Made by a program: the position numbers and the translations under genes. The notes under the pieces are model-generated. The model searched no databases and had not been told where the DNA came from. It worked only from the letters and a program-made list of their open reading frames with translations. A stretch of 64,000 nucleotides of DNA from Candidatus Daviesbacteria bacterium GW2011_GWA1_41_61 (GTDB taxonomy: Bacteria; Patescibacteriota; Microgenomatia; Daviesbacterales; UBA10151): NCBI GenBank assembly GCA_000997385.1, contig LCBT01000001.1, forward strand, positions 307,663-371,662, read 5' to 3'. Below are positions 47,841 through 57,621 of the stretch, piece after piece (within the stretch, counting starts at the first letter, position 1; each line of letters starts with the position of its first letter).

Positions 47841-49178
47841 CTAGGAAGTCAAGGCAAACTCTATAGCCCGAACTTCTCTAATAGCTGTTACTTTAACCTG
47901 TCCCGGGACCATCACTTCCCTAGAAATATGTTCAGCAATATCATGGGTTAATTTTGGTAATTCCTCGTCAGAAACTTTATCAGGGAAAACGATCACTCTC
48001 ACTTCTCTGCCAGCGGCTACAGCAAAGGCTGATTCCACACCCTCATAGGATGTGGCAATTCTTTCAATATCCTCAATTCTTTTAATATAATCCTCCACAT
48101 CTTCACGTCTGGCCCCAGGCCTGGCTCCGGAGATAGCGTCAGCAATATAAACAATGATTGATTCAACAGCAGAAAAAGGTTTGTCCTCATGGTGCTCAGA
48201 GATGGCATTAATTATCTCTTGGGGCATGCCAAACTTCTTGGCAATTTGAACCCCTTTTTCAACATGGGTGCCTTCATCCTCATCAACAATAATCTTACCG
48301 ATATCATGCAGTAGACAGGCTAACTTCACCACACTGGCATTAGCTCCCAGCATCTTGGCTAAAGCTACTCCAATCCTGGTTTCTTCCATGGTGTGTTGGA
48401 TCATACTTTGGCCATAAGAGTAACGGTATTTAAACCTTCCTAAAAGACAAATCAGCTCTGAAGGCAAGTTATAAACACCCACTTCATGACAGAGTTGTTC
48501 CCCAGCCTGACACATCAATTTCTCTACGTCCTCTTTAGTTTTCTCCACTATCTCTTCAATTCTTTGCGGTTGAATTCTCCCATCCTGTATTAGCCTTTCC
48601 AAAGAAATCTTGGCAATTTCCCGCCTCACCGGATCAAAAGAAGACAGGATCAAAATTCCGGGGGTTTCATCCATTAAAACATCCACCCCTGTAGAATTTT
48701 CAAAAGTTCTAATATTTCTTCCTTCCTTACCGATAATCCTGCCCTTCATCTCATCATCAGGAAGTCTGACTTGAGAGGTGGTAAACTCAGCTACATAATC
48801 TGTTACCCCATGGAGCATCGCCTCAGATAAGATCTGTCGGGATTTTTCATCGACATGAAGTTTTATCTCATCTTCAGCCCCTTTTATCTTTTTAGAAATT
48901 TCAGCAGCTAAATCTTTCTCGACACTTTCCAAAAGGACTTTTTTAGCTTCCTCTGCGGACATCCCGGAAGATTTTTCTAATTTGGAGACTAAATCTTTTC
49001 TTTTTTCTTCAACCTGCTTTAACTTTTCATCTAAAGCCTCATGCTTTTGGGCCAGCAACCTCTCTCTTTCTTCTAAAATCCCTTCTCTTTTAGCCAAATC
49101 TGCTTCACGTTGGCCAAACTCGCCTTGAGAGGCACTTGAAGATTGAGCTGGTTGTGTAGAACCAAAAGTCTTTTGCAT
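47841..49178 (-). CDS. rny: Ribonuclease Y without an N-terminal TM anchor
   Basis: KH domain MKGRIIGKEGRNIR, HD domain LLHDIGK, ADAISGARPGAR, AGREVRV. Confidence 0.95.
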   Translation of the reverse strand: MQKTFGSTQPAQSSSASQGEFGQREADLAKREGILEERERLLAQKHEALDEKLKQVEEKRKDLVSKLEKSSGMSAEEAKKVLLESVEKDLAAEISKKIKGAEDEIKLHVDEKSRQILSEAMLHGVTDYVAEFTTSQVRLPDDEMKGRIIGKEGRNIRTFENSTGVDVLMDETPGILILSSFDPVRREIAKISLERLIQDGRIQPQRIEEIVEKTKEDVEKLMCQAGEQLCHEVGVYNLPSELICLLGRFKYRYSYGQSMIQHTMEETRIGVALAKMLGANASVVKLACLLHDIGKIIVDEDEGTHVEKGVQIAKKFGMPQEIINAISEHHEDKPFSAVESIIVYIADAISGARPGARREDVEDYIKRIEDIERIATSYEGVESAFAVAAGREVRVIVFPDKVSDEELPKLTHDIAEHISREVMVPGQVKVTAIREVRAIEFALTS

Positions 49179-49303
49179 AAATTTTAAATAAGGGATTAAA
49201 AAGTCAAGCCGATTAAATGTGGCTCAAAAGAGTGAAGTCTTCAGTTTTCAACTCTAAACAAACTTTCCTCATGTTACTTTTTGTTTCCTTACTTACCAAT
49301 AGT

Positions 49304-49975
49304 TTACCTTTTTTGCCCCAACTTTGCAACTACAACTCTCACTATAGAGTATTCAAACCCTCTCCTTAATAAAAACTCTATAGCCTTCTTTTTAAACTCC
49401 AGTTCTGGTAAATTTTTCCATGATTTCATCTTTTTTTCCAAAGCAAGTTTCGCAAGGTCCTCCTCAGAAACTTGTCCTGAGCGAGCGTCAGCGAGTCGAA
49501 GAACCTCCTCCACTATCTCTCGATCAATACCTTTTTGATAAAGCTCAGCTTTTAAAGCCCTCACCCCTTTTTGTTTACTTCTCCTTCTTCCTTCTACCCA
49601 AGCTTTGGCAAACTCCAAATCATTGAGCATCCCTTTTTGCTTTAATCTTTCTACTAAAATGTCAATCACTAAATCTGAAATTTCTTCTTTACCTTTAGTT
49701 TTCCTTTTAAAAGACAAGTTCTTTAGATAGTCACGGACTTCTTTCTCGGAACGCATTCTGACAGAAAATAAGCCATACATCCGCTCCATTAGTTTTCCCA
49801 CTTCTGATTCAAAAAGCAGCTTCTCCAACTCCCGAGGTTGCACAATCTTACCCGGAACTAAGTGGTAATTTACCACCAAATCTTCATCTGCCCCAAAGGC
49901 AAATACTCCATCTAAAAAAATGTTAAATCTTCTAGGATTCTTTTTCTGAGGTTCTACTGAAATAATTTTAGGCAT
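49304..49975 (-). CDS. recX: RecX regulatory protein
   Basis: RSEKEV, LNDLEFA, ELYQKGI, FLLRRGF; directly downstream of recA. Confidence 0.9.
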   Translation of the reverse strand: MPKIISVEPQKKNPRRFNIFLDGVFAFGADEDLVVNYHLVPGKIVQPRELEKLLFESEVGKLMERMYGLFSVRMRSEKEVRDYLKNLSFKRKTKGKEEISDLVIDILVERLKQKGMLNDLEFAKAWVEGRRRSKQKGVRALKAELYQKGIDREIVEEVLRLADARSGQVSEEDLAKLALEKKMKSWKNLPELEFKKKAIEFLLRRGFEYSIVRVVVAKLGQKR

Positions 49976-49983
49976 TCAGCAAG

Positions 49984-51051
49984 CTAACCCGCTTCCTCAA
50001 CCAAACCTTCTTCCCCTTCTTCTTTACCCACCACTAACTCTTTACCGGATTCTTGTTTACCCCACTTGTCTCTAATATCTTTTTCCAGTTTTTCCGCCAG
50101 TTTTTTATCTTCTTTCAAGGTAATTATTGCTGCTTGTCTGCCTTGACCCAATAATTGTTCTTCCCATTTAATAAAAGCCCCAGATTTTTGCAGGATTCCC
50201 AGTTCAATCCCAACATCCAAAAGCTCCCCTTCATGAGAGATGCCATCAGAATCCATATCAAACTCAGCAATCCTAAATGGGGGAGCAACCTTATTTTTCA
50301 CCACCTTCACCCGATGTCTGGATCCTACCACCACATCTCCATTTTTGATATTTTCAATCTTTCTGATATCCAGCCGGACCGAAGCGTAGAATTTCAGAGC
50401 CAACCCTCCGGTAGTGGTTTCCGGGTTGCCGAACATCACTCCAATCTTTTGACGAAGTTGGTTGGTAAAGATAGCAATAGTGTTAGTGTTGGAAATAGCC
50501 CCGGTAAGCTTTCTTAAAGCTTGGGACATCAACCTTGCCTGCATTCCCATCACTGCATCTCCCATTTCACCCTCAATCTCAGCCTTCGGAACCAAGGCTG
50601 CTACCGAATCAATGACAATCACATCAATACCTCCAGAACGTATTAGCGTATCAGCAATTTCTAAAGCTTGTTCGCCGGTGTCTGGTTGAGAGATTAAAAG
50701 CTCGTCTAAGTTGACTCCCACTCTTTGAGCTCTTTGGGGATCTAAGGCATGTTCAGCATCAATAAAAGCTGCAGCCCCGCCTTTTTTCTGGGCCTGGGCG
50801 ATAACATACAAAGCCACGGTAGTTTTTCCGGAAGCTTCAGGTCCATAGATTTCAATGATCCTGCCCGTTGGTAAGCCGCCAACACCTAAGGCTAAGTCTA
50901 AAGCTAGAGAACCGGTGGAGATAACACTGCCCGCCAGTTTTTCCGCTCTTTCACCAAGCCTCATAATTGAACCCGTGCCATACTGTTTTTGAATTTGCTG
51001 CATAGCAGCTAAAATGGCAGCTTTTTTAGCATCTTTATTATCTATGGCCAT
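49984..51051 (-). CDS. recA: Recombinase RecA
   Basis: [48 protein letters not shown]. Confidence 0.98.
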   Translation of the reverse strand: MAIDNKDAKKAAILAAMQQIQKQYGTGSIMRLGERAEKLAGSVISTGSLALDLALGVGGLPTGRIIEIYGPEASGKTTVALYVIAQAQKKGGAAAFIDAEHALDPQRAQRVGVNLDELLISQPDTGEQALEIADTLIRSGGIDVIVIDSVAALVPKAEIEGEMGDAVMGMQARLMSQALRKLTGAISNTNTIAIFTNQLRQKIGVMFGNPETTTGGLALKFYASVRLDIRKIENIKNGDVVVGSRHRVKVVKNKVAPPFRIAEFDMDSDGISHEGELLDVGIELGILQKSGAFIKWEEQLLGQGRQAAIITLKEDKKLAEKLEKDIRDKWGKQESGKELVVGKEEGEEGLVEEAG

Positions 51052-51250
51052 ATTTATACATAATAACAAAACCCGAAACGTTGTCAATCCCCAATTTTAG
51101 TCTAATTTTGTTGTATGGATACATAAATACATATTAAATAGAGTAGAGGATTAGGAGTAGTTAATTGTGGGAGTAAAGTTTAACTGCTTGAGTAATTTCT
51201 TCAGGGATCCCTTGAATACAATTATATCTTTTAACATCTTCCCCATCTAC

Positions 51251-53474
51251 CCAGGCTCAATTTTGCGGATTCCCTTTCAGTCGAGTTATATCGAAAAATT
51301 CGAACTCGCTTCAAGTCGAATCGGTAGGCGCGCTACGCGCGCCACCTTACTGCGAAGCAGGAGCTTCGCTCATCCGCTCGACCTTCGGCCGAAGCTCTTA
51401 AACTGTCGGTTGAACTCCGCCATAGGCGGACAAAAAACGCGAAAATTTTTTAAAGAACTTTTTTCTTTTGTTTTTTCACTTAAAAGGCGCAACCGGTGGA
51501 CTCAGCAAGAAATTGCTTTCAACTGTCCGATTGCGCCATTAAAAAAAGCAATTTCCATTAAAACTGAGTCCACGAAAAATTTAGCAGTTAAAGAATCTTA
51601 AAGCAAGAATGATTATCTAATGCAAACTAAATCAGAAGATATAAGTTTATCAGGAAGATTAAAATTCCAATTGTAATACAGCCATTTTTATGAAATACTG
51701 TAAGCATATGGAAACAGATAAAATTCCTCAAGAATTACCTATGGCTCAAGCTCATCTTGAAAATGAGTCTGTACATAAAAGTTTTTTAAATCAAAGGGGC
51801 AACTTTCTTCTTATTCTTGGTGCCGTTGTTACTATTCTTGTCGTGATTGGGGCAGGAGGATATTTGTTAACAATGAATAAGAATTCAAACCCGAACCAAT
51901 ATTCTCCTCAAGCAACATCTACTTCAACTCAACCAATATCGTCAAATGAAACTGCAAATTGGAAAACATATACCAATAAACAATATGGATTTACTTTTAA
52001 ACATCCTAACCTGTCACTTGAAGGTTCTATCTGCGGCCAAAAGCCAGTTGCTAATTCTGATATTGAAATATTAAGTCTAACTAGTATATCGGTAGATACA
52101 CCAAACTCTTGTGATTCATTTAATTACTATCTCGTATTTCACATCAATAGCAAAGACGAAACAATAGATCAGGAAATACAAGCCATTAAAGATAGCTTAG
52201 ATTTTAAGGATAGAGATGTCGTTATTACTGAGGAAACATTAGGGAATTACAAAGTCAAGAAAATGTCATTAATAACAGATTTGCCTACTGAGCCAAAGAC
52301 ACAAGCAAGGAATTTTTGGTTTGTCAAAAATAATGAATATTACTTCTTCTACGATCCTAAAATAAAAAGCGTCTATACGATTTATGCCCACTTTGAAGAC
52401 CCAAAATATAAAAGTGATATTGAGAAGATAATCTCTACTATAGCTTTTGATTCTTCATTAACAAACATTGCAATTAAGACTCCCTTTTATCAATATTTTC
52501 CCAAAGAAGCATTTACAAGACCTGATTACACAAAAAGAAATTATGATAAAACCGCTCAATCCAGTTACACTTCAAAAGATTTTTATAGCCCTTTAGATAA
52601 GATTTCTGATGGCAATTTAGCGGACTTTAAGTGTAGCTATGATATTTATCAAGACCCAAAAAACGCAAGTTATCACTATAATATTATCGGTAAAGACAAT
52701 ACAAGTAAATCCTATGAGATTCCCATAGGAGCACAGTTATACCGGGTTCTAAACAACGATCCAAGAATAGGATTTAGGGGTTTTGAATACTGTTTAACAA
52801 GCGAGAACAAAGAATACATCTTAGCTACTTATAGCGGTGGTCCACTTGAACTAATCCAATTGAATGGTGACAAGGTAGATATCAAAGCAAAAGACCCACA
52901 AATAACTGGTTGGTATTCATCATGTAGCGATATCATAGCAATTACCAAGGATAATAATTTTTATATTAGATGTGGTGGAGGTGATACTACAACATATAGC
53001 TCAATAAGCAAAGTTGATGCAAATACAGGTAATATTAAAAAAATTATTGAATGTGTAGCTCCCGCAGAGGGAGAAACTAAATGTACATCTTTTTAGATTT
53101 ACAAAATAAAAATAACTGTCTGTCAAAATTTTCAGTAAATTGGCCAAAATGGTGGAAATTAGCCAACTACCTCCAGCCTTTCTAAATTTTCTGTATAATA
53201 AGGGAGTAAAAAAAGTTTTCGCGCTGGGTAGGTTGGGGCAAGAAAACATTTGAGGTTTGTCTTGTCCGGTGTAGCCGGACTATAATAATAAAAATCGCGC
53301 GCTCAAAAAATACATCCGAAGATTTAGCAATCTTCGGAAAAACTGTCGGCTCGAACTTCTTTTTAACTGATCGGCGGCTTGTCCCAGTTTACAAAAAGGG
53401 CTTTGCAGAGCTCTGCGCGCCCCCACCCGCGCAGAGTCACTCCAGGCTCAACTTTGCGGATTCACTTTCGGTCG
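51251..53474. mobile_element. 2.2-kb islet bounded by a 33-bp direct repeat that overlaps the tRNA-Pro 3' end; no integrase
   Basis: ccaggctcaattttgcggattccctttcagtcg (51251-51283) vs ccaggctcaactttgcggattcactttcggtcg (53442-53474), 30/33 identical; AT-rich cargo gene. Confidence 0.6.
51690..53096 (+). CDS. Membrane-anchored secreted protein (TANWKTYTN / PsbP-like N-domain plus a Cys-containing C-domain)
   Basis: NQRGN + TM, Ser/Thr linker, NWKTYTNKQYGFTFKHP. Confidence 0.8.
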   Translation: MKYCKHMETDKIPQELPMAQAHLENESVHKSFLNQRGNFLLILGAVVTILVVIGAGGYLLTMNKNSNPNQYSPQATSTSTQPISSNETANWKTYTNKQYGFTFKHPNLSLEGSICGQKPVANSDIEILSLTSISVDTPNSCDSFNYYLVFHINSKDETIDQEIQAIKDSLDFKDRDVVITEETLGNYKVKKMSLITDLPTEPKTQARNFWFVKNNEYYFFYDPKIKSVYTIYAHFEDPKYKSDIEKIISTIAFDSSLTNIAIKTPFYQYFPKEAFTRPDYTKRNYDKTAQSSYTSKDFYSPLDKISDGNLADFKCSYDIYQDPKNASYHYNIIGKDNTSKSYEIPIGAQLYRVLNNDPRIGFRGFEYCLTSENKEYILATYSGGPLELIQLNGDKVDIKAKDPQITGWYSSCSDIIAITKDNNFYIRCGGGDTTTYSSISKVDANTGNIKKIIECVAPAEGETKCTSF

Positions 53475-53543
53475 GGGATGGGAGAATTGAACTCCCTACA
53501 TCCGGACCCCCAGCCCGGCGTTCTGCCGATGAACTAATCCCCG
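53472..53543 (-). tRNA. tRNA-Pro(GGG), CCA not encoded
   Basis: CGGGGAT acceptor stem, D arm GTTC/GAAC, anticodon arm CCGGG-CTGGGGG-TCCGG, T arm GGGAG-TTCAATT-CTCCC. Confidence 0.95.
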
Positions 53544-53612
53544 TATTATTTGAATGATTATATGCAATTTTACCATTTACCAAGAAGAGAAAAAAGGATT
53601 ACTTTAAAAAAA

Positions 53613-54380
53613 TTAAATTTTACTTGGATCAAAATTAACTGAAGCCCATTGGAAATTAATATTAGAATCTGTCCTCTGATCCGCTTGGGATTGATTATCT
53701 ACAGTTGTTCCTTGACTAACTTTTACTGGTACAGATTGTTCTCCTGCTGTTAAGTTACCCTGTCTTTTTACAATAAGCATATTAATAGTTCTCTGGCTTC
53801 CATCTTCTCCATAAACTGTCAAATCTACTACCTCATCATTTTTCCCTTCTGTTGGAATATTCAAAGACTCTACCCCAAAAACAGAGTTAAGTATCTGGGT
53901 CCCCGTTTGTTTATTGAGAATATCTGGATTTTGCCACAATACAATTACCCCTGCTTCCTCATAAGGTCTAGATCCCCCTGGGATATCTTTAAGACCATCA
54001 TCAAATCTGCTAAAAATTGCTCCTCTTTCAATCTTATACCCCTTTCTTTTAGTTAATTCCTCGACACTTTTTCCTACATCTACTTGTGTCGCACAGGCAT
54101 CTGCTGCTACTTGAAATTCATTGAAATCACTGTCGGGGAGAACTACCTCTACCAGATTGATCTTATATTCTTCTGTAGCTGCTAAAAGTCTGGGGTCTAG
54201 TAAACTTCCACCTTCATCTGGCAAGGGAGCCACATTTTTAACTCCTCTGGTAATTATTTCTCTAAAAGATTGTGAACTAAAAAACTCCCTATCAGTATGA
54301 GGAAAATTAGAAACAGCATTATTTTTACTGACGCTGTCAGCTGAGAGATTGGGAACTAAAGATTTGGCTTCATTACCCAT
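53613..54380 (-). CDS. Hypothetical protein
   Basis: 255-aa ORF; no family recognised. Confidence 0.7.
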   Translation of the reverse strand: MGNEAKSLVPNLSADSVSKNNAVSNFPHTDREFFSSQSFREIITRGVKNVAPLPDEGGSLLDPRLLAATEEYKINLVEVVLPDSDFNEFQVAADACATQVDVGKSVEELTKRKGYKIERGAIFSRFDDGLKDIPGGSRPYEEAGVIVLWQNPDILNKQTGTQILNSVFGVESLNIPTEGKNDEVVDLTVYGEDGSQRTINMLIVKRQGNLTAGEQSVPVKVSQGTTVDNQSQADQRTDSNINFQWASVNFDPSKI

Positions 54381-54482
54381 AGTTTAGACTATATTAGGGG
54401 GATTATACTCTTATTAGTCCAGTTTTTCAAAAAGAAACCTCACAATAGGCTATTTTGGACTTTCCTAACTCTTATAATCCAG

Positions 54483-54878
54483 TTACTGTTTTTTTAGAAG
54501 ATATTTTTCAACTAACGCTATTAGATCATCTATATTAAAAGGTTTGGCTAAAAAATCATCAGCTCCTGCTTCCTTGGCAATCTTCTCCCCATGGCTTAAA
54601 GCGGAAATAGCAACAACTGGAATATGTTGGGTACTACTATCTTTTTTTAGCTCCCTAGTCACCTCATGTCCATCCATCCCTGACATCCACAAATCAATTA
54701 AAATAACTTCTGGCAGAAAATCTTTAACCCTTTTTTTAACTACCCTCCCATCGGCAACTGCTAAAACATCATATCCTTTATCCTCCAAGATAATTTTAAT
54801 AACTTCTAAAATACCCAGGTCATCATCAACTGCCATGACTCTTTTTTTACCACTGTCTTTTAAGGCCGCATTACTCAT
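54483..54878 (-). CDS. Single-domain (CheY-like) response regulator
   Basis: VMAVDDD, LIDLWM, ISA, GADDFLAKPF. Confidence 0.92.
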   Translation of the reverse strand: MSNAALKDSGKKRVMAVDDDLGILEVIKIILEDKGYDVLAVADGRVVKKRVKDFLPEVILIDLWMSGMDGHEVTRELKKDSSTQHIPVVAISALSHGEKIAKEAGADDFLAKPFNIDDLIALVEKYLLKKQ

Positions 54879-54885
54879 TTTTAAA

Positions 54886-56553
54886 TTAATCCTCTTTCCC
54901 TTTAAGGGGTAAGGTAAAGAAAAAGGTCGAGCCTCTTCCCTCTTCACTCCTTACTCCTATTCTACCACCATGTTTTAGGATAATCTCGGAAGAGATATAA
55001 AGACCTAAGCCCAAACCCCCAAATCTTTCACCGGTGGCATTTTTTACCCGGTAAAAGCGTTCAAAGATTTGAGGGCGGTCTTTTTTGGGAATACCAATAC
55101 CGAAATCTTGGATACTGACCACAACTTCGTTTTTCTTTTTGGCCGTCCGGACAACGATTTTATTAGATTGAGGAGAATATTTAATAGCATTAGAGATCAA
55201 ATTAATCAACACTTGGTTTAGACGGTCCCGGTCTCCCATAATGGTAGACTCTACTCTGCCATGCCTGATTAGACAATGCGTGTCAGCAATCCTTTGAAAA
55301 TCTTCCACAGTTTCATTGACTAATTCATCAATGTCTAACTCTTCCCAATGTAAATCCAGCTTTCCCGCCTCAATCCTGGTGACATCTAAAAGTTCTTCTA
55401 TCAGCCCTGTTAGTCTGTTGAGTTGCAAATCAACCTTAGACAAATACCGGCTGGCTTCTCCCTCCTCACTTTTATCTAACCTCTTTTGTAAAATCTGAAT
55501 AAAAGCTTTAATTGTGGTCACCGGAGTTTTAATTTCATGACTGGCAGTGGCGATAAAGGTATCTTTTTGTTTTTCTACCTGCCAGCTTTCCGAGACATCG
55601 TGCAAAATTACCACTGCACCCGTAACCTTATCTCGGTGGCGGATAGGAGATGCCGAAGCTACCACCATGATATCCTTACCGCTAGCGTCTTTTAAGATCA
55701 AATGTTTACTGGAAATAACGTTCCCCTTCAAAGCCTGGGTAGAGAGCATCTCATCTTTACTGATTATCTCGCCCCGGCGGTGCCGCGACTGTAGACTGAT
55801 AGACAGATTCACTTGATCTTGGCCGATAGGATTAAAACCAAACATTCTCATGGCGGAAAAATTAGCTCCTACTACTACCCCTTTGACATCATAAACTAGT
55901 AGAGCATCAACTAAAGCCATAAAGACTGCATCTAACTCGCTGGCCCTTTCTTCAGACTCAATAGCTACCTGCTCAGCCTTCTCCCGGGCTTTCTCTACCT
56001 CCTTTAATAATATCTCCCGCTCTTCTTCTACAGCCTTATGAGCTAAAAAATAACCAATTTGGTGGCCTACAGAGTTCATCATCTCCAATAAATCTAAATC
56101 GGGAGTTACTATCTGATGATGGAAAAAATCGATAACTCCCAACACTTTTTGCCGGTAAATTAAGGGGAAAGCAAAAGCCCCGTGTAACCCTGCTGCTGAA
56201 GCTGCCCTGGCTCTGAGAAAGTTACTATCTTTGGTTACATCTTCGATCCAGCAAGCCTTTTTAGCAGCCCAGACTCTGCCCGGTAAACCAACCCCTTTGC
56301 TGAATTTAAACTTTTTGGTCGCCTCTTCAAACTTAGCCATTTTATGGGGCGAAATGGACCATAGCTGATGATAGACTAGAAGGTTCTTCTTTTTATCCAC
56401 AACCCACAAAGCTCCCATAGTCCACCCTAATAATCTGCCAATAACCCCTAAAACCTCACTGATACTTTTATCATGACTTTGATGCTGCGATAAAACGCGG
56501 ACTATTTCAAATTGGGCAGCTAAACGTTGTTCAGTTTTTAAGGCCATAGACAT
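54886..56553 (-). CDS. GAF-PAS sensor histidine kinase
   Basis: GLPGRVW GAF, PAS, SHEIKTP, NLISNAIKY, DFGIGI, GLGLGL; start approximate. Confidence 0.92.
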   Translation of the reverse strand: MSMALKTEQRLAAQFEIVRVLSQHQSHDKSISEVLGVIGRLLGWTMGALWVVDKKKNLLVYHQLWSISPHKMAKFEEATKKFKFSKGVGLPGRVWAAKKACWIEDVTKDSNFLRARAASAAGLHGAFAFPLIYRQKVLGVIDFFHHQIVTPDLDLLEMMNSVGHQIGYFLAHKAVEEEREILLKEVEKAREKAEQVAIESEERASELDAVFMALVDALLVYDVKGVVVGANFSAMRMFGFNPIGQDQVNLSISLQSRHRRGEIISKDEMLSTQALKGNVISSKHLILKDASGKDIMVVASASPIRHRDKVTGAVVILHDVSESWQVEKQKDTFIATASHEIKTPVTTIKAFIQILQKRLDKSEEGEASRYLSKVDLQLNRLTGLIEELLDVTRIEAGKLDLHWEELDIDELVNETVEDFQRIADTHCLIRHGRVESTIMGDRDRLNQVLINLISNAIKYSPQSNKIVVRTAKKKNEVVVSIQDFGIGIPKKDRPQIFERFYRVKNATGERFGGLGLGLYISSEIILKHGGRIGVRSEEGRGSTFFFTLPLKGKED

Positions 56554-56613
56554 GTGCATTATACAGCAATAACTTGTCATTGCCATAAAAAAACTCCTAT
56601 AATGAAAAGAGAA

Positions 56614-57621
56614 ATGAAAATTGGCTTCTTTGAAATTACCGAGACAGAAAAAAAAGATTATTTTATTCAAAATCTTCCGGGGTATGAACTGATTTTTATT
56701 GATAAACCGCTGACAGAAGAATCTCTCCCTCAGATTTTAGATTTTGATATTATCTCCGTTTTTGTCAACTGCCAAGTCACACCGAAAGTAATAACTGCTT
56801 TTCCCAGACTAAGACTGATCACTACCCGATCAACCGGTTTTGATAACATTGATCTTCCCTTTGCCAAAAGTAAAAATATTATGGTGGCTAATGTTCCAGC
56901 TTATGGTTCTCACACCGTGGCTGAATATACTTTTGGGCTAATGCTAGCTTTATCAAGAAAGATCTATCAAGCAGCCTACAGAGTTAAAGTAGGAGAAGAT
57001 TTTACCTTACAAGGGTTAAGAGGCTTTGATTTATGCAGTAAAACCTTGGGAGTAATTGGCACCGGGAAAATCGGCTCTAATGTAGTCAGTATTGCCCAAG
57101 GGTTTAATATGAAAGTTTTAGCTTTCGACGCTTTTCCTAACGAAGAGTTAGCCAGAACACACAATTTTTTGTACACTTCCTTAGAAGAGCTCTTAAAAAC
57201 TGCCGATGTGGTGACATTACACACTCCCTACAATGAGCAGACTCACCATTTGATTAACCGGCAGAACATCTTCCTGATGAAAAAAGGCAGCTTGCTTATC
57301 AACACCGCCCGGGGTCAGGTTGTGGAAACTGAAGCCTTATTTCAAGCTTTAATTCAAAATCATCTGGGAGGAGCAGCTTTGGATGTTTTAGAAGAAGAAA
57401 AAGAGTTAAAAGATGAAATGGAGGTCTTGGCCAAAAATACTCAGTCTGCCGAGGAATTGAAAACGATTTTGCATAATCATATTTTGATTAACTTACCTCA
57501 AGTAATTATTACTCCTCATATGGCCTTTTACTCTAAAGAGGCAGAGTTTGCTATCCTGGAAACCACCGAGGAAAATATCAAATCTTTCTTACAGGGTAAT
57601 CCTAAAAATATAGTCCATTAA
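56614..57621 (+). CDS. D-lactate / D-2-hydroxyacid dehydrogenase
   Basis: RSTGFDNID, NVPAYG, GTGKIG, INTARG, LDVLE, TPHMAF. Confidence 0.92.
   Translation: MKIGFFEITETEKKDYFIQNLPGYELIFIDKPLTEESLPQILDFDIISVFVNCQVTPKVITAFPRLRLITTRSTGFDNIDLPFAKSKNIMVANVPAYGSHTVAEYTFGLMLALSRKIYQAAYRVKVGEDFTLQGLRGFDLCSKTLGVIGTGKIGSNVVSIAQGFNMKVLAFDAFPNEELARTHNFLYTSLEELLKTADVVTLHTPYNEQTHHLINRQNIFLMKKGSLLINTARGQVVETEALFQALIQNHLGGAALDVLEEEKELKDEMEVLAKNTQSAEELKTILHNHILINLPQVIITPHMAFYSKEAEFAILETTEENIKSFLQGNPKNIVH

Noticed and set aside
51167-51601. 144-aa ORF on the + strand
   Set aside because: Runs through a hairpin-rich non-coding flank; no protein-like motifs
51251-53474. CRISPR array or prophage
   Set aside because: Only two repeat copies 2.2 kb apart; no cas, integrase or phage genes
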